Origin: Escherichia coli
GTDB taxonomy: Bacteria > Pseudomonadota > Gammaproteobacteria > Enterobacterales > Enterobacteriaceae
Reading direction: 5' to 3' (one strand)
NCBI RefSeq assembly: GCF_001677475.2
Contig: NZ_CP015229.1
DNA: 64,000 nucleotides
This document shows, piece by piece, positions 56,353-63,735 of this stretch. The translations under genes and the position numbers were made by a program. Below the pieces are notes generated by a model. It was not told the origin of the DNA. It was given only the letters and a program-made list of their open reading frames with translations, and made no database searches. How positions within the stretch are numbered: the stretch's first letter is position 1; the number at the start of each line of letters is the position of its first letter.

Positions 56353-57005
56353 TCTGACGCCCCCGCGTTCAGCCCCGTGGTCCGTGCAGCGCAAAGCTTC
56401 GCTGGCGCTCCGCTCTGCTGCCGGGTGCGGTGTTCTTCTGTGGCCCCGCAGTCGCCGCCATCCCTGGCGGCTCCGGTGCCGTTCTGCGGCAGCGTCATCG
56501 TGTGGCAGTCAGTCAGAAAAGGGTGTCGGCCTGGCGGCCTCCGCTTGTAAGGGCTTTATGCCCGCCCGGCGTCGTCTGGCTGCGGCGGCTCGTGCCGCGC
56601 AAAAAGGCCGCGCGTCACTCGTTCCCGCCTCGCCAGCTTCCGCTGCCCGCCCCGGTCAGGTGTGGTCATGCAAAGGCAACCCCCGGTCAGGCAGCGGTGC
56701 CACAGAGCGCCGTTCCGTCGCTTGCGGACTCTCTGCCGCCCGCACCCGCAGACCCCGCGCCGTGGCCCCGCCATGCCGCCGGAGGCGTCCTGGCGGCCCC
56801 CCGTCACGGGGTGCCGGAAACGGACTTAGTGGAAAGCGGAATGACAGGCGGTGGTGGTGGTGCTATGGTGAGCGGGCGTGAAAATGCGCGTCGGGAAAGT
56901 CGGGTTAACGTGCTGTTAAATAAGTAAAAGGTGATAGCCGGGAAGCCAGAAACGGCGCGGGCGGTAGCGTGTTAAAAAGTGTGACCTGCACCGGATCGTT
57001 CCGAT

Positions 57006-57515
57006 GACCCGATAGGACTGCGGGGTGGATTAAATCTCTATCAATATGCGCCGAATCCGTTGAGCTATATTGATCCTCTTGGCCTTTGTAAATTAAGGGG
57101 AAGTAATGGGCGCTTCAGAAGTGCTCAGAATATTCAGGAAGAAATAGGCGGACTACCTAATTTTTCAGGGAAGACTCCAGGGCAAATACGACAAACTTTG
57201 CGTAATCGAGTTTATTCGTCGGTACAAGCGCATAGTGGTGGAGAGGTCTGGACAAAAGCATTACCTGACGGAAATACTGTTGCTGTGAGAATTGACCCGG
57301 CAAATCCTCGCTCACCTTCACATTATGCTGATGCTGTGCCTCATGCTCATATTGAAACAGTTCCAACGTCCAGTGTTTCTAATGGGAATTATCGCCCACG
57401 AGACGTGACTGGCAGGCATACTGCCACTGGTGGGATTTCTGACCGAGGAACGAATCCGAATCATAATGCTGATGTTCACATTCCAATGTCTCCGGGACGA
57501 TTCCCATATAATTAA
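57006..57515 (+). CDS. Orphan Rhs C-terminal toxin 1 (core stub + CT domain of unknown family); no own start codon
   Basis: [27 protein letters not shown] is followed by a 143-aa AT-rich CT. The frame opens just after a TGA, with only an internal TTG at 57060. Confidence 0.75.
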   Translation, partial: DPIGLRGGLNLYQYAPNPLSYIDPLGLCKLRGSNGRFRSAQNIQEEIGGLPNFSGKTPGQIRQTLRNRVYSSVQAHSGGEVWTKALPDGNTVAVRIDPANPRSPSHYADAVPHAHIETVPTSSVSNGNYRPRDVTGRHTATGGISDRGTNPNHNADVHIPMSPGRFPYN

Positions 57516-57526
57516 TGTGAGGTTTT

Positions 57527-57790
57527 ATGAATATCCGAAATCAATATAATGAAGCCTTAAATAAATTAGAAGTTGATGTTAATGATGGTTTAAGAGATTT
57601 AATAAACATATATTGTGTAGCTATTGATTCTTTTGAAAATGATATCGTTGACTCGATTGCTTTATACGTGATTGATATGGGAAATAAAGATACTTGTCGA
57701 TATCTACAAGAAATATTATCAGAGAATGAAGATCCTTATTTAGTAAAAGAATTTAATGCATGGATGAAAGAAATTAAGAAAAAATATTAA
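57527..57790 (+). CDS. Orphan immunity protein 1
   Basis: 87 aa. It begins 11 nt after the toxin stop with an SD gagg. AT-rich. Confidence 0.7.
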   Translation: MNIRNQYNEALNKLEVDVNDGLRDLINIYCVAIDSFENDIVDSIALYVIDMGNKDTCRYLQEILSENEDPYLVKEFNAWMKEIKKKY

Positions 57791-57793
57791 AAT

Positions 57794-57831
57794 AAAAGCC
57801 GGGACGGTTATTAAATCTTCCCGGCTTTTTT
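57794..57831. terminator. Cassette hairpin H2
   Basis: aaaaGCCGGGacggttattaaatcttCCCGGCtttttt. Confidence 0.75.
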
Positions 57832-57836
57832 ATTAC

Positions 57837-58070
57837 TTAACTTTCGTTCAGCACACTAAACATCCCGTCACGCATTCCCTTAACCGCCTGTTTAACCAGA
57901 TAAAGTTCCCTGCGCAGTTCCTGTACTTCGTTGTTATCCGCAAGCAGGATCAGACATCCTTCCGAGATCTTCACGGTGACGCCCGTGCCGATCTCAAATC
58001 CCGCTTCTCTCAGCCATTTTGCGCTGATTTTGATTACCGGCGTGTCGCTGCGGTTGGGCAGATAACCCAC
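57837..58070 (-). CDS. SymE-family ORF, copy 2, lacking a canonical start upstream of the conserved N-terminal segment
   Basis: 77 aa from an in-frame GTG. The frame stays open upstream to 58154 and encodes the conserved ISKTQRHCTVGY segment, but contains no ATG/GTG/TTG or SD there. Confidence 0.5.
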   Translation of the reverse strand: MGYLPNRSDTPVIKISAKWLREAGFEIGTGVTVKISEGCLILLADNNEVQELRRELYLVKQAVKGMRDGMFSVLNES

Positions 58071-58376
58071 GGTACAGTGGCGCTGTGTTTTGGAAATGAT
58101 ATTCTTATATTTAATCTGCTGATTAGATAGTAAAATTAACTTCGTGCAGATAGCTTACTTTATCAGGGTGCGGCGGTAGTGTATGAACTATGACGTGATG
58201 GTTTTAGTGATTTATATACGAAAATGACAGTACGATCCGGACTTCGAATAGATTGCGCGATTTGACCCGATAGGGCTGGCGGGGGGATTAAATCTCTATC
58301 AATATGCGCCTAATCCGTTAAGTTATATTGATCCACTTGGATTGTGTCCTAAAACTGACTTTAAATGGGGAAATCC

Positions 58377-59667
58377 CAGGGAAAGATCACGTAATGCTGC
58401 TTTTTTGTACTAAACAATTCGCATTTTATGTTTAAAAATTGAGATATTCCTCATTACATAAAGCTGTTTTTTATTGCTTATACATGATCAAATACTCCTT
58501 ACATAATTAAGGAGAACAAAATGGAACTTAAAAAATTGATGGAACATATTTCTATTATCCCCGATTACAGACAAGCCTGGAAAGTGGAACATAAATTATC
58601 GGATATTCTACTGTTGACTATTTGTGCCGTTATTTCGGGTGCAGAAGGCTGGGAAGATATAGAGGATTTTGGGGAAACACATCTCGATTTTTTGAAGCAA
58701 TATGGTGATTTTGATAATGGTATTCCTGTTCACGATACCATTGCCAGAGTTGTATCCTGTATCAGTCCTGCAAAATTTCACGAGTGCTTTATTAACTGGA
58801 TGCGTGACTGCCATTCTTCAGATGATAAAGACGTCATCGCAATTGATGGAAAAACGCTCCGGCATTCTTATGACAAGAGTCGCCGCAGGGGAGCGATTCA
58901 TGTCATTAGTGCGTTCTCAACAATGCACAGTCTGGTCATCGGACAGATCAGGACGGATGAGAAATCAAATGAAATTACAGCTATCCCTGAACTTCTTAAC
59001 ATGCTGGATATTAAAGGAAAAATCATCACAACTGATGCGATGGGTTGCCAGAAAGATATTGCAGAGAAGATACAAAAACAGGGAGGTGATTATTTATTCG
59101 CTGTAAAAGGAAACCAGGGGCGGCTAAATAAAGCCTTTGAGGAAAAATTCCCACTGAAAGAATTAAATAATCCAGAGCATGACAGTTACGCAATTAGTGA
59201 AAAGAGTCACGGCAGAGAAGAAATCCGTCTTCACATTGTTTGCGATGTCCCTGATGAACTTATTGATTTCACGTTTGAATGGAAAGGACTGAAGAAATTA
59301 TGCGTGGCAGTCTCCTTTCGGTCAATAATAGCAGAACAAAAGAAAGAGCCAGAAATGACGGTCAGATATTATATCAGTTCTGCTGATTTAACCGCAGAGA
59401 AGTTCGCCACAGCAATCCGAAACCACTGGCACGTGGAGAATAAGCTGCACTGGCGTCTGGACGTGGTAATGAATGAAGACGACTGCAAAATAAGAAGAGG
59501 AAACGCCGCAGAATTATTTTCAGGGATACGGCACATCGCTATTAATATTTTAACGAATGATAAGGTATTCAAGGCAGGGTTAAGACGTAAGATGCGAAAA
59601 GCAGCCATGGACAGAAACTATCTCGCGTCAGTCCTTGCGGGGAGCGGGCTTTCGTAATCTTGCCCTG
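58377..59667 (+). mobile_element. ISAs1-family element (Rhs-associated H-repeat), 1291 bp
   Basis: Terminal IRs are CAGGGAAAGATCACGTAA and TTACGAAAGCCC..(rc CAGGGCAAGATTACGAAA). A perfect 10-bp target duplication GGGGAAATCC lies at 58367-58376 and 59668-59677. Confidence 0.9.
58521..59657 (+). CDS. ISAs1-family (H-repeat-associated) transposase
   Basis: 378 aa, starting [51 protein letters not shown]. Matches remembered YbfL/YhhI-type proteins. Confidence 0.92.
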   Translation: MELKKLMEHISIIPDYRQAWKVEHKLSDILLLTICAVISGAEGWEDIEDFGETHLDFLKQYGDFDNGIPVHDTIARVVSCISPAKFHECFINWMRDCHSSDDKDVIAIDGKTLRHSYDKSRRRGAIHVISAFSTMHSLVIGQIRTDEKSNEITAIPELLNMLDIKGKIITTDAMGCQKDIAEKIQKQGGDYLFAVKGNQGRLNKAFEEKFPLKELNNPEHDSYAISEKSHGREEIRLHIVCDVPDELIDFTFEWKGLKKLCVAVSFRSIIAEQKKEPEMTVRYYISSADLTAEKFATAIRNHWHVENKLHWRLDVVMNEDDCKIRRGNAAELFSGIRHIAINILTNDKVFKAGLRRKMRKAAMDRNYLASVLAGSGLS

Positions 59668-60010
59668 GGGGAAATCCAAAAAGTAAGCCTACATACGGTC
59701 ACACATTTTCTGAACACGGACAGAAAATGAAACCAAGTCAGTTAATTGATCGTGCCAGAAATAAAGGTCATCAAGTAGGACAATATCTCGATGATAATTC
59801 TGCTGCTGATTTTATTGCTTCTGTTGCCAAAAAAGGTCCGGGTGTGCATGATGTGCCATTGCCTACAAATATAAAAGGTCGAGGTTATTTGCCTGATGGG
59901 ACAGAGGTCGTTCCAGATATGGCAAGGGTTGTTGTAAAACCCGATGGTTCTGTACGAACATCGTTCCCATTCAATTCATCACACACCAACTAAAGTAATG
60001 AAGGGTATAT

Positions 60011-60391
60011 ATGAATGAAATAGATAAGATCTGTAGTGAACTTGGCGTACCAGTTGGTGATAAGTTTACACAAGATTGGGCTTATGAACTGCCTGAAAAA
60101 TATCGAACTAAAGAGTGGCTAAGTAAATACATTGCTGCATACTTAAACAATGGCTACTCCCAAAAAGGGAAGACTGAATTAATGACTTTAGCCCTTGATG
60201 TCTGTAATGATTTATTATCTTCTGGAGTACCCCCATCAGATGAGGTTATTATAAAAGTACTCAACGCCCTGCGTGATAATTACAAAAATCATATAGATCT
60301 TATTAATTATTGGTCCTTGGATGATGAATCTTTAGATGACAGTTTTGCATTAACTCCTGAAATAAGGGAGCTAAAAAGAAGATTGATTTAG
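60011..60391 (+). CDS. Orphan immunity protein 2
   Basis: 126 aa. It begins 17 nt after the toxin-2 stop with an SD aaggg. Confidence 0.7.
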   Translation: MNEIDKICSELGVPVGDKFTQDWAYELPEKYRTKEWLSKYIAAYLNNGYSQKGKTELMTLALDVCNDLLSSGVPPSDEVIIKVLNALRDNYKNHIDLINYWSLDDESLDDSFALTPEIRELKRRLI

Positions 60392-60413
60392 GATTATAAT
60401 ATTATTAAGTTAT

Positions 60414-60447
60414 AAAAAGCCGGGAATATAATCTTCCCGGCTTTTTT
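60414..60447. terminator. Cassette hairpin H3
   Basis: aaaaaGCCGGGaatataatcttCCCGGCtttttt. Confidence 0.75.
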
Positions 60448-60452
60448 ATTAT

Positions 60453-60677
60453 TTAACTCTCGTTCAGCACACTAAACATCCCGTCACGCATCCCCTTAAC
60501 CGCCTGTTTAACCTGATAAAGTTCCCTGCGCAGTTCCTGTACTTCGTTGTTATCCGCGAGCAGGATCAGGCAACCTTCCGAGATCTTCACGGTAACGCCC
60601 GTACCGATCTCAAATCCCGCTTCTCTCAGCCATTTGGCGCTGATTTTGATCACCGGCGTGTCGCTGCGGTTGGGCAG
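60453..60677 (-). pseudogene. SymE-family gene, copy 3, 5'-truncated at the junction with an rhs core fragment
   Basis: Identical to copy 2 apart from one residue, back to ..LPNRSDTP. Homology stops at about 60677, where rhs-core-like sequence begins. Confidence 0.75.
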
Positions 60678-60704
60678 ATGCTGCGCTGGCAGCACGACGG
60701 CAGA

Positions 60705-62518
60705 GCCAGACGTACCGTTACAACGCGCTGAACGCGGTCACGGAAGTGGTGTTCACCGGGGACCGGGGCGGTGAAATCCGCCACCGGCTGGCACGTGATG
60801 CGGCGGGCCGGCTCACGGCAAAGGAGACAGCCGATAGCCGAACGGAATACGTCCATGATGCGGCAGACCAGCTACTGGAAATCCGCCGCCGACGGTCGGA
60901 TGCCGGGGAAATGGACGCACCGGAGATTATCCGTTTCAGTTACGACAGACTGGGGCGGATGCTGACTGAGGAGACGGCGCAGGGCGTCCTGACCCATCAG
61001 TACGATGAACTCAGCAACCGGACAGCCACCACCTTTCCGGACGGCAGAACGCAGCGTCATCTGTACTACGGCAGCGGCCATCTCCAGCAGATAAATCTGG
61101 ACCGGGAGGTCATCAGCGAGTTCACACGTGACGCCCTGCACCGGGAAGTGCTCAGAAGTCAGGGGCGACTGAGCACGCGGCAGCTTTATGACCCCGCCGG
61201 GCGGCTGAAGCGCAGGGAGACATACAGCGGGATGCGCGGGGTGGTACCGGAGACGTTCACGGACCGGCAGTACAGCTACAGCGGCGAGGATGAACTGCTG
61301 AAGACGCGGCACAGCCGGCGGGGGGAAACGGATTACTTCTACGACCCCACGGGGCGCATCACGGCGTGCCGCTCGGAGGATGAGGGGTATCTGGCGAGCT
61401 GGCAGTACGACGCGGCGGGAAACCTGCTGGGGAGGCGCGCGGGGGAAAGGGCCACGGCAGAAAACAGCGTGGTGCCGTTCAACCGGCTGATGTCTTACCG
61501 TGGTGTGCACTACCGTTATGACGAATTTGGCCGGACGGTGGAAAAGGAGGGCCGGAGCGGCACGCAGAGTTACCGTTATGATGCGGAACACCGGATGGTG
61601 GAAGTGACGACAGCGCGGGGGACATACCGGTATGTGTACGATGCGCTGGGGAGGCGGACGGAAAAACAGCACATCAGCCCTGACGGTAAAGCGTACAACC
61701 GGACGACATTTTTATGGGACGGAATGCGGCTGGCGCAGGAGAGCAGGCCGGAGGGAATAAGTAGCCTGTATATCTACAGCGACCCGGGGAGTTATGAACC
61801 GCTGGCGCGGGTGGATAAGGCGGGCAAAGAGGGCCCGAACCGGATACTGTATTTTCACACGGATGTGAACGGTGCGCCGGAAGAGATGACGGACAGTGAC
61901 GGGAAAATCGTGTGGGAGACGGGGTATCAGGTCTGGGGTAACACGATACAGGAGAAGGACCACGGCGGGGTGGAGCAGAACCTGCGCTACCAGGGACAGT
62001 ACCTCGACAGGGAAACGGGGCTGCACTACAATCTGCACAGGTACTATGATCCGGATGTCGGGCGGTTCATGGTAACGGACCCGATAGGGCTGAGAGGCGG
62101 ATTAAACTTATACCAATACGCGCCTAATCCGTTAAGCTGGATCGATCCTCTTGGATTAAGTGCCGCCTCTGATTTACCTCAATTAAAAGGAAGATCCCCA
62201 GGGGCAATAGGTTCTATTCTTACTGATAATGGATTCAATTTAGATAAACAAACAAGTACCGGGAATCAGACTTGGAGCCACGCCGATGGTTCTAAAGTTC
62301 GTGTCGATCCCTATGGAAACCAAAGTATGACTATGAAAAACGGTGATCCATTACCGAAATCAGGAGCTAACGCACATGTGCATAAATATGATCCCGGTGA
62401 GATACCGCTGAATGACAGAGGCATTCCGAGTACAAATCCAAATGAAACACATATAGGGATCAGGAATCCAAATGATTATTCTACAAAACGAGGGCGGGCC
62501 CATGGGTGCGGCGTATAA
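60705..62518 (+). CDS. Orphan Rhs fragment 3: 1.39-kb core 3' segment (direct repeat copy B, 60705-62092) plus a distinct CT toxin
   Basis: The translation is near-identical to main Rhs residues from QTYRYNALNAVTEVVFT to VTDPIGL. It then diverges: [22 protein letters not shown] followed by a 119-aa CT from 62159. The 5' side (60678-60704) is a scrambled YD fragment in another frame. The only start is an internal GTG at 60746. Confidence 0.85.
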
Positions 62519-62530
62519 GGTAAGAAATTA

Positions 62531-62815
62531 ATGAGTGTTGAATATGTTATACATGTCGATGATAAAGTAGATAATTTACTTTCTTTTATTGTCGAGAGAA
62601 TAAAGGAAAATCAACCATCCTCTCGAATTAATACTGACGGTTCACTTTGGATTCCATCTAGCTATTCAAATTGGATTGATTTTTCAATAGAAGACCATGA
62701 GGATGGTTTTTTTATTGTAAATAATTTAAATGGAAGTGATAGAGATAAATTATTTTCACTGATATTTACTGCCTTTCATGAATTATCTATAAAATATGAA
62801 ATAGAAGAAGTCTAA
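62531..62815 (+). CDS. Orphan immunity protein 3
   Basis: 94 aa. It begins 12 nt after the toxin-3 stop with an SD aagg. Confidence 0.7.
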   Translation: MSVEYVIHVDDKVDNLLSFIVERIKENQPSSRINTDGSLWIPSSYSNWIDFSIEDHEDGFFIVNNLNGSDRDKLFSLIFTAFHELSIKYEIEEV

Positions 62816-62817
62816 TG

Positions 62818-62897
62818 AAAGCCGGGTTTTTGGACTGACCCCATAAAGTTGGACACCCAACTGATTAAGGTGCAGTCCAACATATTCCCGGCTTTTT
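62818..62897. terminator. Cassette hairpin H4, with its loop expanded by a 49-bp insertion
   Basis: aaaGCCGGGtttt[49 bp]acatattCCCGGCttttt. Confidence 0.6.
62831..62879. mobile_element. Miniature IS150-group/IS1397-like element (49 bp)
   Basis: TGGACTGACCCCATAAAGTTGGACACCCAACTGATTAAGGTGCAGTCCA has termini TGGACTG / CAGTCCA. It aligns with the first roughly 50 nt of the IS at 1044-1094 (TGAACTGCACCCCAAATGTTGGACA...GAAGGTGCAGTT). Confidence 0.6.
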
Positions 62898-62902
62898 ATT
62901 AT

Positions 62903-63136
62903 TTAACTCTCGTTCAGTACACTAAATATCCCGTCACGCATACCCTTAACCACCTGTTTAACCTGATAAAGTTCCCTGCGCAGTTCCTGTACTTCGTTGT
63001 TATCTGCAAGCAGGATCTGGCAGCCTTCCGAGATCTTCACGGTAACGCCCGTGCCGATCTCAAATCCCGCTTCTCTCAGCCATTTTGCGCTGATTTTGAT
63101 TACCGGCGTGTCGCTGCGGTTGGGCAGATAACCCAC
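62903..63136 (-). CDS. SymE-family ORF, copy 4, lacking a canonical start upstream of the conserved N-terminal segment
   Basis: 77 aa, differing from copy 2 at 4 residues. The upstream conserved but start-less segment is the same as in copy 2. Confidence 0.5.
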   Translation of the reverse strand: MGYLPNRSDTPVIKISAKWLREAGFEIGTGVTVKISEGCQILLADNNEVQELRRELYQVKQVVKGMRDGIFSVLNES

Positions 63137-63329
63137 GGTACAGTGGCGCTGTGTTTTGGAAATGATATTTTTGTATTTAACCTGCTGATTAGATAGTAAA
63201 ATAAACTTCGTGCAGATAGCTTACTTTATCAGGGTGTGGCGGTAGCGTATGAACTATGATGCGGTGGTTTCAGGAATGTACGTACAAAATCGATAGTACG
63301 ATCCTCCAATCAGGTAGATTTGCTGCCCT

Positions 63330-63734
63330 GATCCGATAGGGCTAAGAGGCGGGCTGAACCTGTATGCTTATGCGCCTAATCCGCTGAAATATATTGATCC
63401 ACTCGGATTAAAAAAAGAGCTCTGTAATGGAACTACTCGTGTGCGGCATTATACTAATCGTAAAGGTTCAAATGCGATTGCTGAAAGTGGGATAATTAAG
63501 GCGCATGATAACGGTCGTGTATATTTGGAACCTGCGAATAAAAAACCACTCAGTCAAGTAGACATAGAGGCGAAATATCAAATAGGTCGTGGGAAAGGTA
63601 GAGATTATGTGGATACAGATGTATCTAACGAGCAATTAGAGTGGGTAACAAACCCTCGATATCATATAGATGAATTGACTGTGAAAGGTGATATTATTCT
63701 TTCTGAAAATGCAAAAATAACTCGGCGTAAATAA
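63330..63734 (+). CDS. Orphan Rhs C-terminal toxin 4 (possible HYD1-type ADP-ribosyltransferase); no own start codon
   Basis: DPIGLRGGLNLYAYAPNPLKYIDPLGL is followed by KKELCNGTTRVRHYTNRKGSNAIAESGII.... The frame opens after the TAG at 63315-63317. Confidence 0.7.
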   Translation, partial: DPIGLRGGLNLYAYAPNPLKYIDPLGLKKELCNGTTRVRHYTNRKGSNAIAESGIIKAHDNGRVYLEPANKKPLSQVDIEAKYQIGRGKGRDYVDTDVSNEQLEWVTNPRYHIDELTVKGDIILSENAKITRRK

Positions 63735-63735
63735 T

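Larger units (their letters stand above)
58264..59993 (+). pseudogene. Orphan Rhs C-terminal toxin 2, split by an ISAs1/H-repeat insertion
   Basis: The stub [27 protein letters not shown] is followed by [11 protein letters not shown], then the IS, then KSKPTYGHTFSEHGQKMKPSQL...SSHTN*. Removing the IS and one TSD copy (1301 bp) restores one frame. Confidence 0.8.

Noticed and set aside
56096-56881. 261-aa plus-strand ORF, and overlapping minus-strand ORFs (55380-56249, 55637-56341), in the GC-rich fragment
   Set aside because: All frames are open because of the very high GC content. The products are Ala/Arg/Pro-rich without motifs. The minus-strand ones are antisense to the recombinase. I treat 56096-56950 as non-coding or decayed DNA.
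58172-58235. Small peptide ORFs starting at the ATG after the GGCGGTAG motif (MNYDVMVLVIYIRK; MNYDAVVSGMYVQNR at 63249)
   Set aside because: The two copies diverge in sequence and length immediately after four codons, and there is no SD. Conservation is at the nucleotide level, not the protein level.
58200-58245. Possible LexA (SOS) box upstream of the symE-like copies, by analogy with K-12 symE
   Set aside because: I found only half-site-like sequences (ACAGTA). No CTG-N10-CAG palindrome was seen here, at 63270-63300, or upstream of copy 1.
60678-60745. Possibility that orphan 3 has its own translation start (ATG at 60678, MLRWQHDG..)
   Set aside because: That frame terminates after 17 codons and is out of frame with the core. 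The segment looks like a recombination scar joining a YD fragment (compare main rhs at about 50727) to the repeat.
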